A DNA stretch of 38,305 nucleotides from Clostridia bacterium (GTDB lineage: Bacteria > UBA6262 > WVXT01 > JAUXBS01), in NCBI GenBank assembly GCA_030618495.1, contig JAUXDE010000002.1, positions 1 to 38,305 on the forward strand. The letters run 5' to 3'. The position numbers and the translations under genes were made by a program. How positions within the stretch are numbered: the first letter of the stretch is position 1; each line of letters opens with the position of its first letter. The notes under the pieces were generated by a model. It searched no databases. It had not been told where the DNA came from and saw only the letters and a list, made by a program, of their open reading frames with translations. Below, one piece after another: positions 18,163 to 27,595 of the stretch.

Positions 18163-19137
18163 TTAGAACTTGGCGGTAACTGAGAACCTGTGAGTAAACA
18201 AGTCCAGCACGCCGTAAGAAACCCACGCGTAATCAATGGCGAATTTCTCCAGATTAAAACCCGCTCCTACGGACAAACCTGAAAGGAAACCTAAATCGGC
18301 AAGGGTCGTTGTTTTAAATCCCGCCCTCACCGCAAACAACTTGGTGATGTAGTACTCTCCCCCGAAATGCAGGTTAAGCTCGTTATCGGCAGGCATGTTG
18401 ACATCTGCGCCAACGGTAAAATTACTTTCCATATCCTTGTACGCAATACCCACTTTTATGTTAAACGGCAAAGCAGCCTCCACTCCCGTAAAACTATCCG
18501 GTCCGCTGAAACTGTACCCCGCTCCTATGTTCTGGACTACCGCCCCGGCAAGGATTCCCTTGCCAAATTCCACCCCCTCTGATGCAAAGTGAACTCCGGC
18601 ATCAAAAGCAAGGCCTGTTGCCGCGTAACCGCCTCCGGCAATATTTTCAACCCCGATACCCTCATAAATCAATTTAACGCTTGCTCCGACACCGAACATC
18701 CCAAACTTCATGCTGAAAGCGCCGATACCCGCCAAATTGTTCGCTCCAAACAGGTAATCTGCCGTATCGGTATCACCTGTCCTCGCCTCCAGTCCTCCAA
18801 GGGTAACGTAAGACGCCCCCACGCCAAAAGCCATATTCTCGCCAATCGGCATCCCGAAAGCCGCAAAATCATGGTTGATGCCCTGGAACAGCATCATGTA
18901 AGAACCTGTCAACTGCATCCCGCTCATGCGGCACAGTCCCGCAGGGTTCCAGTAAAGGGCATTGATGTCGTCCGCAATACCCGCGAACACCTCCCCCATA
19001 CCAACGGCGCGCGCGCCTACCCCGAGTTTTAAAAACTGGGCGCCCAGCGTCCCCGCATTTACATTTATCTCCGCGCCCACAGGGTTTGCAAGCGCCAGGA
19101 TAAGCCCGGCAATTATTACAATTGTTTTCTTATTCAT
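18163..19137 (-). CDS. PorV/PorQ-like (UPF0164-type) outer-membrane beta-barrel protein
   Basis: Signal peptide, then GTLGAQFLKLGVGARAVGMGEVFAGIADDINALYWNPAGL, which I recognise as the family signature. Gly/aromatic-rich alternating strands and a terminal Phe (TAKF). AGGAGG lies 8 nt upstream, and the gap after the giant gene is 21 nt. Confidence 0.7.
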   Translation of the reverse strand: MNKKTIVIIAGLILALANPVGAEINVNAGTLGAQFLKLGVGARAVGMGEVFAGIADDINALYWNPAGLCRMSGMQLTGSYMMLFQGINHDFAAFGMPIGENMAFGVGASYVTLGGLEARTGDTDTADYLFGANNLAGIGAFSMKFGMFGVGASVKLIYEGIGVENIAGGGYAATGLAFDAGVHFASEGVEFGKGILAGAVVQNIGAGYSFSGPDSFTGVEAALPFNIKVGIAYKDMESNFTVGADVNMPADNELNLHFGGEYYITKLFAVRAGFKTTTLADLGFLSGLSVGAGFNLEKFAIDYAWVSYGVLDLFTHRFSVTAKF

Positions 19138-19158
19138 GAGTTCTTACCTCCTATTATA

Positions 19159-22100
19159 CTACTGGCTTCTCAATAATGCAACCTTTTTAATTATTTCCGT
19201 TTCACCCATCTTTATATAACACATATATATTCCGTTAGCCACATAACTACCGCTTTCATTTTTCGCATCCCAGGTCGCCCTGTAAACATAACCGCCGGGC
19301 ACCGCAATTTCACTAAAAGTATCCCTTACGAGTTCTCCTGCAAGGTTATATATCTTTATATCAACACTGACATTGCTTGCCGAACCGGGAGGAATCCTGT
19401 ATTTTATAGTAAGCGGAGTTTCAGTTGTCGGATGGAACGGGTTCGGGTACACCCACATCTTGTAATCTGTGTCGGAATACGCAACAGTCACCTGGTTAGA
19501 AAAACCGCTCATGTTGGGTGTCGTCGCATCATCCACCGCCTTTACCGCAAAGTACGGACCTGTAACAATAGTAACTATATAACTGTGTGTGGGCGCCGTT
19601 ACCGTAGCAAGGAGTGTATAATAACCGCCTTCATCAGGGTTCGATGCCTCCACTGAGGACTGGTGGACTTCATAGTATTTAATATCGCTTGCTTCACTCT
19701 CGTCCCAGTCAAGTTCAACACCACCGCCCCCCGCTATTTTATTCGCGCTTAATTTCGGTTTTGCCGGAGCAGTCTCATCGGCGAATGCCGCGTACTTGGT
19801 GAAGTGCGACACGTCTACCGATATGGTGTTGTTTTCACTATCAATTGTCCTGCTGGCCTTCTCCTTTACCCAGGTAGCGTTGTCCTCATCATAGTAATTG
19901 ATATCTAATTTACTCACGGGTACGGTGCTTGCGCCCATATCATATTCAACAGTAACTTTCGAAGTTTCACCTTCCGCTAACTGCGCCAGGGGTCCCGTAA
20001 CAAGGTATATTTCCATGTTATAAACCGAACTGAGCATTTCACCCGGGGCGCCGCTTGCCTTGACAGCAAGGCTCGGTACGATAAACGAATACGCGCTCAT
20101 GCTCTTCTTCATTACCCCCAGAGCGCCGACCTCATCGGGATCAATACTCGCAATGAATATCTTCAAACCCGTAATATCCTCCACGTCTTCGCCGTCGACC
20201 GTCACCTTCGTTCCCATCGGCAGGTAAAAACCGGATGCATTGCCCTGCCCTATAACAATGTTGCCGCCGGTAACGGGATTAATATATTCTTCGTTCCTTC
20301 CCTTTTCACCGGTGTATATAGTAAATACTTTTGTGGACAGTTGCCCTTTCAGGTCATGCCCTGTTACCTGTATCTTGAATTTGTCTTCGCTGGCGGCGGC
20401 ATACTCTGCGCTGCACTCTCTCCTGTCATCGGATAAAATCCTTCCGCTCAACGTCCCCGCCCCTTCTGTAAGAGTAATGATATCCGAAGCGTTTCTTTCA
20501 GCCAGGGGTTCATTGCTCCACACGTCGATTTCGAATACGTCTCCTGTTTTCCTTTCAGCCTGTACAATGAACTGAGGAGGATTATCGGTATAGATAACGC
20601 CTTTTGTTATCGTATCGGTAGGACTGCCTACCGCGAAACTCACCGTGGCGGTATCAATGAATACATCCGCCTTTCCCTCTCCCACGAGAGCAATATAATA
20701 GTTTATGCCCTCCTCCAGTCCTTCAACGCTGTAACTTTCGATCTCGTTGGTCGTGCTGTTGCTGTTAACCGTACCGAATACAAACCTGCTGAAATCATTT
20801 GTAACCGCCACGACTTCCCGCACATCCGACGTATTTATCTTCTTTCCGTACTTGTCAACAATGGACCCCTGCACCTTCTTTCCCGTTACAAGCTGTATCT
20901 CACCAAGGCCGGTGGCCCCGTTGACTGTAATATCGGCAACATGGGTTTTAAGGCCTTTTGAAAAAACCTTCAAAACGTAATCATTCGCAACAATGCCTTC
21001 AATCAGGAAATCACCGTCATAATCGGTTATCTGCTCTATGCCACCCATGGGGTCATTGTATATCTTGCCCTTCTCCTGCAGGAGCACCATCGCGCCGGGC
21101 ATGTCGTTTCCCATTTCCTCAAAAGGCAATGTCAGCGACTTGCCGCCCGAGGGAGTAATTGTCCCCGATAGGCTGGCGTTCGCCTCGCTGAGAACGAAAT
21201 TAACGTTCTCTGATTTTGCCGTAACGTTACTCCTGGATTTTTCACCGTAGCCGGATATTATACCCTCCGTCCATTCGGGCCTTACCGCGGCATAAACGTC
21301 CCAGTACGTTATATCTTCATTAATACCTTTAATCGTATAATAACCTTTTGTATCGGTCTTCGCCTCCAGACGGACTGTTTCACCGTGATGCGATGCGGGT
21401 TCCGCGGACATCCTGATATTCGCAATCCCCGTACCACCTGAATCTTCAACCTTGCCTGAAATTGTTGAACCTTCCTTTAACTTAATAGTCCCGAGGTCAA
21501 TGTCCTCCGCGTTATCAGGCACGGTAATCCCCGCAATCAGCATGCCGGCGTAGTTTTTGTACTGAGCCGCAAAACCGTACATATCCTCCTTCTGCCCGCT
21601 GACCCTCACGACATAGGTCCCGGCAGGCAGGTTCTCTAACCTGAATTCACCTGTTGTTTCATCTATTTTTCTTTCATTGTCCCACTGCTCGGTATGCCTG
21701 TAACTCCCCTCAACCCAGGGCCTTGCCTCGCAGTTTACGGTCATGCCGTTTATGCCGCTCACCGGCTGTCCTGTCTGGCTGTCAACAAGCCTCCCTTTTA
21801 TGTTTGCGCCTTTACCAAGCAGAATTGGAGCAACCGACACATCGCTGCCCGTAACGGACACTTCTTTTGCCACCTCTTTGTAGTTATTTGACCAGACCCT
21901 TACTATGTATGACCCCGTGCTGACCGGGCCGAGAGTAAAGTATCCTGTCCTGTTGGTCGGCTGAGACGAAAAATCAACCCAGTAACTTGAAATGCTGTCC
22001 TTATTGTACCCCGCGCTGAACAATTCAATATTCATCCCCTCCGAACCTGTCAGGGGCCTATTCACCGAACCCGATATACTGTAACCGTCCGTCAGGTAAA

Positions 22101-25100
22101 GGTCTACATTAGCCGCCTCCCCCGCGTCTACGGTCTTAACTTCCGCCTTGCCCGCCATTTTGCCTGAATCAAGATTAACCGGGGGCCTGACCACGTAAAT
22201 CCCCTTATCAAGTCCGCTGACGCTAAATGTTGCGGAGCTTTCACCGACAGGCGTCAGGGGCGCCATGTAATATGCGTTTGTCATGTCCATCCAGTCCATC
22301 TGTTTAGGCATGACTTCTACGAACTTCCCGGTAAGCTCAGTAACAGCAGTTCGTAATGGTGTAGTTGAAGAACTGATATAAACCGTACCTGAAATCGAAG
22401 CGCTGGTATATAGACTTAGAATTCCCGCATTAAAGTCAGCGTCGTTGGTAACCCCGACCATCTTACTCAGGGTGGCAAAGTTACCGTCCGATATACCCAT
22501 GTAATTTGACGTGCCTGGCGCTACATCATACTGGTTCACGGACAGCATGTATTCCCCGGTCCCCAGATTCTCAATTTTAAACGTTCCGGATGTAGAATAT
22601 ATAGTCGTAAGAGACTCAACCCTCATACCGCCCGTCATACCGCCTGTAACCGAAACCCTAACTTTGGAAGGAACACATTCCTCACCCGTAATAATACCGT
22701 AAACAGAACCGCCAAAGGCCTGCAAGTCTATAACCGCAGTATTAGTTGGAGCGGTTACTATGTAAGGCCTGACGGCCATTTCAAAACCCTCAAGCCATGT
22801 ATCAATGTAGTATTGGGCTCCATTAATTAATCCGCTTATTGTCCAGGTACTTACAGGTAAAGTTATGCTGGTTCCCGCACCATGATTTTCCCCGGGTGAC
22901 CATGCATTTATCCATAATGAACTTCCCGGCGTTCCTCCGTTTATCCCTCCTGAAATAGTGCCACCTTCCGAGAATGCATAGGTCCCGAGCGTCACGTCAG
23001 TCGTCCCGATATCAACGTCATAATTCTGTTCCGCGTAACCGTCGGCGTGCAGGTTAAGCTCATAGGTGGTGCCCGGAGGGACATCGTGTATCATAAAGGA
23101 TGCCGTGTTAGTTGAAGCATATATCTCTGTGCCGCTATACGCATACTTCATGTCGGCATCGTTCTTTAAATTAATATTAACGTACACGTTGTTGCCCACA
23201 TCCTCTACGGGTATCTGCACGGTGCCGCTTACAATAACGTTCCTATCAGTTCCTCCAATGGTAAAGTCCTTTGTTGCGCCGTAGGAAGTAATCTCCACGT
23301 TCTGCGCAACCTGGAGCGAGTATCCGAACAATTCGACCTCAACCCTGTAGAATCCGGGCGGCAGAGATATTTTATACGTTTTTAAACTCTGGCCGCTCAC
23401 TATCTGGAAGTTCGTAAACCCATAATTTCCCGTTGTCTCATCCCAGGCGTTGACGTGCCCCCACAACTCGTTGACAGAATTACCCCACTGGTCAGTATAA
23501 GCTGTAAACGGCGCCGGCAGGGTAATGGTTCCCGTGAGTTCCCCACCCTTGTTAAGGATAATATCAGGAACCTGTTTCGTGGTTTCGGCCGCGCCGTAAA
23601 ACACTCCCGGTTCATCATGAGGCTCGTACCCGTCTTTTTCCACGTGAATATAATAATTCCTGTCCTTGGGAACGCCGCTTATAAAATATTTTCCGCTGGA
23701 ATCCGTGTACGCCTCCCCAAAATAATCGTGCGTCCCCGCCTCAACCCTGGCGGTTCCGACAGGCGAGGTGGTACTGCCAACCATCTGGTATATCCATCCG
23801 TAGAGTCCCGGGATATTGCTGTCTATTGTTACGGTTAAATCAGTGTTGGATTCTCCCAGGTAAGCGTTATCCCAGTACGATGAATGACATATTTGGATCT
23901 TAACATCATAGTCACCCGAAGGAAGCACATTCCAGGAATTATCCCTCCCCTCCCACATAATATCAATATACTTCGTGCCGGTCGGTTCGTATCCTATCCA
24001 CCAGTCTGTAAACCAGTCCTTCTGAGCCACTATTGCATCCAGTTCCTCGTAGGTAAGTTTCTGGACGGGCGTCCCGTACCACGGATTGCCCATATTGTCC
24101 CAGGTAACATCATCCCAGTTAAACACCTCAAAAGCACTGTCCCTGTTGGTATCAATGACAACCCTTACAATGGCTCCCGAAAAGTCCGCTGAAGTGGGTA
24201 TATCATTCATCGTGAAACTAATATTGGCAAAGTCCTTAATGTTATCACCGTCGGGCGTTATTGTAACCGTCGTGGATGAGGTGTCGATTCCGTTGTAAAC
24301 CGTAACATCGGTCCCCAGCGTCAGTGTGCCCGAAGTTTGGCTCATAAGAAAATCATCTATAACATACTGAACGGCTGTTGAGAAATATATATTGTAATTG
24401 GGCATGTTCACAATATAGCCGTCCTTCTTCACCTTGACAAAGTAGGGATAGGACTCTGACTGGGGGTAAATCCCGTGAATCTCGAAGTTGTAACCGGGCC
24501 CCAGGTCGGTACCGGATGAAACCGTTGAAGTACTGAAAGTATGGTCAGCCGTATCCCAGCTGTTATTCGAATCCCAGAGTTCCACCGTAACCCCGCCCAT
24601 AGGGATACCCGGAGAGGCAGAGTCCTCCACCTTGCCTCTTAACGTACTTGGGTCAGTCACCACGGGGTCAGAGACGCCGAAGTACACGTAATCCATGTTG
24701 TTCCCGGACAGGTTAATTTCACACGCGCCTTCCATCCCGTCTCCTCCGGCGCCGCACTTATAGACGCCGTAGGGTTCCCACGGGTCTCTTTCATCGTTGC
24801 TGTTATTGTCAATGAAAGCGCCGAGGTAATAGATACCGTCCACCAACCCGTTTATCATGTAAGTGCCTGAGTACATACCTGTTGACACATACAATGTGCT
24901 GTCAGTGCCGCCTTCCACATATGCCTCCGCAAAAGACGGGTCGGAGAATACCCCGATTTTTACATCGTACGTCGGCGTTGCAGATGAAGGAGTTTTGTTG
25001 TAATAAACAGTGCCGGATATTGACCTGTTACCCGTTGGGTCATCAAGTGTCACGTCAATGCCGTACATCTCCCCCTGAACGTATATGGAGGTGTAATCAT

Positions 25101-27351
25101 CGCTGTTCTCAAAGAACCTGCCCATAGGCTCGCCGTCATCAAGAATATAGTTGTTGTTGGTATCCATATAGGTAACAACATAGTAGTTTTCCCCGGTTTC
25201 GGTAGGTCCAAGCCAAACGTTGTCTATCGTGTATCCTCCCACGGCATGTATCATCGTAGACGATTCGGGATCTCCCGCGGGGTTGCCGTTGGCATCCAGG
25301 TTCAGGAAGGCTCCAACGTAAATATCTCCGCTGAATTGCGTACCGCTGTAATAAATGGTACCGTTTATCTTTCCGTAGCCTCCCGCGCCGCCCGCGTAAA
25401 TATTCACGCCAGCCTCGGCCGAATTGCTCGTTGTAAGCCCGTCCGTTTCTGCGATAACCATCGCGTATCCCGTTGTGTTCTTTGAAAGCAGTTCTATGGT
25501 AGCTATACCGGCAACAGTGGCCACAGGATTTGTTAGATTAATAAACTCCGCGCACTCGTTGAATAGAACAAGCCCCTGTTCCCCCATAATCAGTTCCACG
25601 TTCACGTAATCAACATTCATACTAACAGAAGGGTTATCGATACTGAACAGCACCTTCAATATCTCCCCGGGAACAAGGTAATCCCCGAGAGTCCCCGGAA
25701 AGAATTCAAAATTATAGGTTGTCGGTGACATGTCAAACATATTGTTGCTAACGGTTTCCCAGTTACCAAGGGACTCTTTCCATACGCTGACTGTGAAAGG
25801 CGCCGACGATATAGCCACCCATGCCGTTATGGAAATTTTCACGCTGTCCACGCTATTAAGATCTATCGGTTCATAATCAAGATCAAAATCTGTCATGAAG
25901 AACGCATAGTCGCCCACTCCGGCGAAGACTTCAAAATCCTGACTGTCATTAATCTGTTCAATCAGCATGGTTCCGGCGGGGTTAGAAAGCATGACATTAA
26001 TCTCATTCGGAGGAGGCAGCGGAGGATTGATATTAATACCTGGCGAGTGAAACGCTTCATTATTCCCGTACTTGAAATCAAATATCATGCCGCTCTCGGT
26101 GAGCACTTCTATGCCTGTATAGTCAATCTTTATGGGACGGCCTTGCTCGTCCGCTTCAAACACTACGTCAATGGTTCCTCCGGTTAAATAATTTGAGATA
26201 TTTGTGTTAAGTTCAACTTCATAATCACCGAATTCATAGTTAATATATATCGGACTGCCTATAACATCATAAGTACCCCCGTTCCATGCATATACGTTTA
26301 CCTTTAAATCACTCACGTTATCGGTGGCGGCCCTTATGAATATTCTTATCTTCATTATATCGGGAACGTTTTCCGCAATGTTGTTATACTGCGCCCTGAA
26401 CGCGGAATACATGGCCGGAGTCCAGCCTGTATCCCACTGGTAGCCGTCAACTTCCATTATATCGCCGGTCGGTACATTATTATTGATTTCACCTTGAGCT
26501 ATGGGCGGTATGTTCGATAATGACATCGTGTAATACGCCCAGTGGCCCGTATCCATGAAATCGTAGACGTTCCCGAACTCACCACCTTCCCCGCCGCTTT
26601 CGGAGACCGACAGTTCAACGTAGTTCACCTTCAGCCCGTAACCCGGGTTCTCCATCACGTACAGTAATTCCATCCTTTCATCACCGTCATGGTACCAGAT
26701 ATAATCGGCAAAGTTAGCAAGGTTCACAGCATCCTTGGTGAATGACTGCTCCTCGTAACCGAGAAGCATGTTATCGGGTGTTATTTCGTCCCATGCGCCT
26801 GACTTATTATATGCATAAATTATCAACCTGCAGTTACCCTCGGGACACTTGCCCGCGAACTTCGCCTGTATGCTGACTATATTGGATACATTCTCCTCAA
26901 TCACAAAACTCGCCTGGAAGGCGGAGTAATATCCTGACATTTTATAAATATCCAGCATCATGGCATCGTCCATTTTTACCTTATCAACCTCAACAGGCGG
27001 AACTTCAAAGGTCACCATATCGACAAACGTCGGGGGGATAGAGTCCAGTTGGTTATCAGAATACGCCATGTGCATGAGGGCGTCATTGAAGTTATAAACA
27101 TGCGGCCCGCCGCCCGGGCCTGAAGTACCGAGACTGAAGTAAACATCCTTTGTAGCAGTTATATCAACCTGGCCACCCGCATCATAGATGGTTGCTGTAA
27201 TTAATGAAGTACTCATGCCGTCAGCCAGTATGCCCGTAGGGCTTGACTGAATGACTATATAATCATTGGCGCTTACCCTGCCCGCACAAAAAAATAAGAC
27301 AACGGTAAGAAGAAAATAAAATAATATGCCCTTAAATTTCATATCTTTCAT
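19159..27351 (-). CDS. Giant (2730 aa) secreted multidomain surface protein. Domain order: signal peptide; split Ig-like domain with three ~170-aa repeats; an array of carboxypeptidase-regulatory-like beta-sandwiches; FN3; T9SS-type C-terminal sorting domain.
   Basis: Uninterrupted 8.2-kb ORF. GGGAGG lies 6 nt upstream of ATG 27351. Signal peptide ...FFCAGRVSA. Many G-x-[IV]-x-D/G...G-x-Y beta-sandwich units (e.g. IKGRLVDSQTGQPVSG...GEFRLENLPAGTYVVRV). FN3-like PAKPKL...VELDWDES...YYEVHQS. The last ~97 aa read VYPNPFHP...IKIYNLAGELV...WDAKNESGSYVANGIYMCYIK...KKVALLRSQ. Confidence 0.9.
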   Translation of the reverse strand: MKDMKFKGILFYFLLTVVLFFCAGRVSANDYIVIQSSPTGILADGMSTSLITATIYDAGGQVDITATKDVYFSLGTSGPGGGPHVYNFNDALMHMAYSDNQLDSIPPTFVDMVTFEVPPVEVDKVKMDDAMMLDIYKMSGYYSAFQASFVIEENVSNIVSIQAKFAGKCPEGNCRLIIYAYNKSGAWDEITPDNMLLGYEEQSFTKDAVNLANFADYIWYHDGDERMELLYVMENPGYGLKVNYVELSVSESGGEGGEFGNVYDFMDTGHWAYYTMSLSNIPPIAQGEINNNVPTGDIMEVDGYQWDTGWTPAMYSAFRAQYNNIAENVPDIMKIRIFIRAATDNVSDLKVNVYAWNGGTYDVIGSPIYINYEFGDYEVELNTNISNYLTGGTIDVVFEADEQGRPIKIDYTGIEVLTESGMIFDFKYGNNEAFHSPGININPPLPPPNEINVMLSNPAGTMLIEQINDSQDFEVFAGVGDYAFFMTDFDLDYEPIDLNSVDSVKISITAWVAISSAPFTVSVWKESLGNWETVSNNMFDMSPTTYNFEFFPGTLGDYLVPGEILKVLFSIDNPSVSMNVDYVNVELIMGEQGLVLFNECAEFINLTNPVATVAGIATIELLSKNTTGYAMVIAETDGLTTSNSAEAGVNIYAGGAGGYGKINGTIYYSGTQFSGDIYVGAFLNLDANGNPAGDPESSTMIHAVGGYTIDNVWLGPTETGENYYVVTYMDTNNNYILDDGEPMGRFFENSDDYTSIYVQGEMYGIDVTLDDPTGNRSISGTVYYNKTPSSATPTYDVKIGVFSDPSFAEAYVEGGTDSTLYVSTGMYSGTYMINGLVDGIYYLGAFIDNNSNDERDPWEPYGVYKCGAGGDGMEGACEINLSGNNMDYVYFGVSDPVVTDPSTLRGKVEDSASPGIPMGGVTVELWDSNNSWDTADHTFSTSTVSSGTDLGPGYNFEIHGIYPQSESYPYFVKVKKDGYIVNMPNYNIYFSTAVQYVIDDFLMSQTSGTLTLGTDVTVYNGIDTSSTTVTITPDGDNIKDFANISFTMNDIPTSADFSGAIVRVVIDTNRDSAFEVFNWDDVTWDNMGNPWYGTPVQKLTYEELDAIVAQKDWFTDWWIGYEPTGTKYIDIMWEGRDNSWNVLPSGDYDVKIQICHSSYWDNAYLGESNTDLTVTIDSNIPGLYGWIYQMVGSTTSPVGTARVEAGTHDYFGEAYTDSSGKYFISGVPKDRNYYIHVEKDGYEPHDEPGVFYGAAETTKQVPDIILNKGGELTGTITLPAPFTAYTDQWGNSVNELWGHVNAWDETTGNYGFTNFQIVSGQSLKTYKISLPPGFYRVEVELFGYSLQVAQNVEITSYGATKDFTIGGTDRNVIVSGTVQIPVEDVGNNVYVNINLKNDADMKYAYSGTEIYASTNTASFMIHDVPPGTTYELNLHADGYAEQNYDVDIGTTDVTLGTYAFSEGGTISGGINGGTPGSSLWINAWSPGENHGAGTSITLPVSTWTISGLINGAQYYIDTWLEGFEMAVRPYIVTAPTNTAVIDLQAFGGSVYGIITGEECVPSKVRVSVTGGMTGGMRVESLTTIYSTSGTFKIENLGTGEYMLSVNQYDVAPGTSNYMGISDGNFATLSKMVGVTNDADFNAGILSLYTSASISGTVYISSSTTPLRTAVTELTGKFVEVMPKQMDWMDMTNAYYMAPLTPVGESSATFSVSGLDKGIYVVRPPVNLDSGKMAGKAEVKTVDAGEAANVDLYLTDGYSISGSVNRPLTGSEGMNIELFSAGYNKDSISSYWVDFSSQPTNRTGYFTLGPVSTGSYIVRVWSNNYKEVAKEVSVTGSDVSVAPILLGKGANIKGRLVDSQTGQPVSGINGMTVNCEARPWVEGSYRHTEQWDNERKIDETTGEFRLENLPAGTYVVRVSGQKEDMYGFAAQYKNYAGMLIAGITVPDNAEDIDLGTIKLKEGSTISGKVEDSGGTGIANIRMSAEPASHHGETVRLEAKTDTKGYYTIKGINEDITYWDVYAAVRPEWTEGIISGYGEKSRSNVTAKSENVNFVLSEANASLSGTITPSGGKSLTLPFEEMGNDMPGAMVLLQEKGKIYNDPMGGIEQITDYDGDFLIEGIVANDYVLKVFSKGLKTHVADITVNGATGLGEIQLVTGKKVQGSIVDKYGKKINTSDVREVVAVTNDFSRFVFGTVNSNSTTNEIESYSVEGLEEGINYYIALVGEGKADVFIDTATVSFAVGSPTDTITKGVIYTDNPPQFIVQAERKTGDVFEIDVWSNEPLAERNASDIITLTEGAGTLSGRILSDDRRECSAEYAAASEDKFKIQVTGHDLKGQLSTKVFTIYTGEKGRNEEYINPVTGGNIVIGQGNASGFYLPMGTKVTVDGEDVEDITGLKIFIASIDPDEVGALGVMKKSMSAYSFIVPSLAVKASGAPGEMLSSVYNMEIYLVTGPLAQLAEGETSKVTVEYDMGASTVPVSKLDINYYDEDNATWVKEKASRTIDSENNTISVDVSHFTKYAAFADETAPAKPKLSANKIAGGGGVELDWDESEASDIKYYEVHQSSVEASNPDEGGYYTLLATVTAPTHSYIVTIVTGPYFAVKAVDDATTPNMSGFSNQVTVAYSDTDYKMWVYPNPFHPTTETPLTIKYRIPPGSASNVSVDIKIYNLAGELVRDTFSEIAVPGGYVYRATWDAKNESGSYVANGIYMCYIKMGETEIIKKVALLRSQ

Positions 27352-27397
27352 AACTTGCCTCCCTGATATATACGTAATACTTCCTGCTTCTGAAACA

Positions 27398-27426
27398 AGT
27401 ATACCCTATCATCTATATATTGTCAA
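27398..27426 (-). promoter_or_regulatory. Near-consensus sigma70 promoter of the giant gene
   Basis: The minus strand reads TTGACA (27426..27421)-17 nt-TATACT (27403..27398). The predicted leader is about 40 nt and ends in GGGAGG-6 nt-ATG. Confidence 0.5.
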
Positions 27427-27436
27427 TAATTTTTGT

Positions 27437-27452
27437 TGTGACTTTAATCACA
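27437..27452. promoter_or_regulatory. Perfect TGTGA-N6-TCACA palindrome (CRP/FNR-family-type operator)
   Basis: TGTGACTTTAATCACA lies 10 nt upstream of the -35 hexamer of the giant-gene promoter. It is followed by an overlapping ACACGTGT palindrome (27450-27457). Confidence 0.45.
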
Positions 27453-27580
27453 CGTGTTATTTCATTAAAAAATAAGCACTATATATTCTTTTATTAACTA
27501 AAATAAGATTATTATTTTCCTTAAAATAAGACAAAACCCGGTTAAATCTAAACTTGTAGTGGAAATTTAACGGTTAATTT

Positions 27581-27589
27581 TGTTATAAT
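27581..27589 (+). promoter_or_regulatory. Extended -10 element (TGtTATAAT) 6 nt upstream of the GT-C gene ATG (leaderless-type)
   Basis: TGTTATAAT-ACAGCT-ATG(27596). There is no recognisable -35 and no SD. Confidence 0.35.
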
Positions 27590-27595
27590 ACAGCT

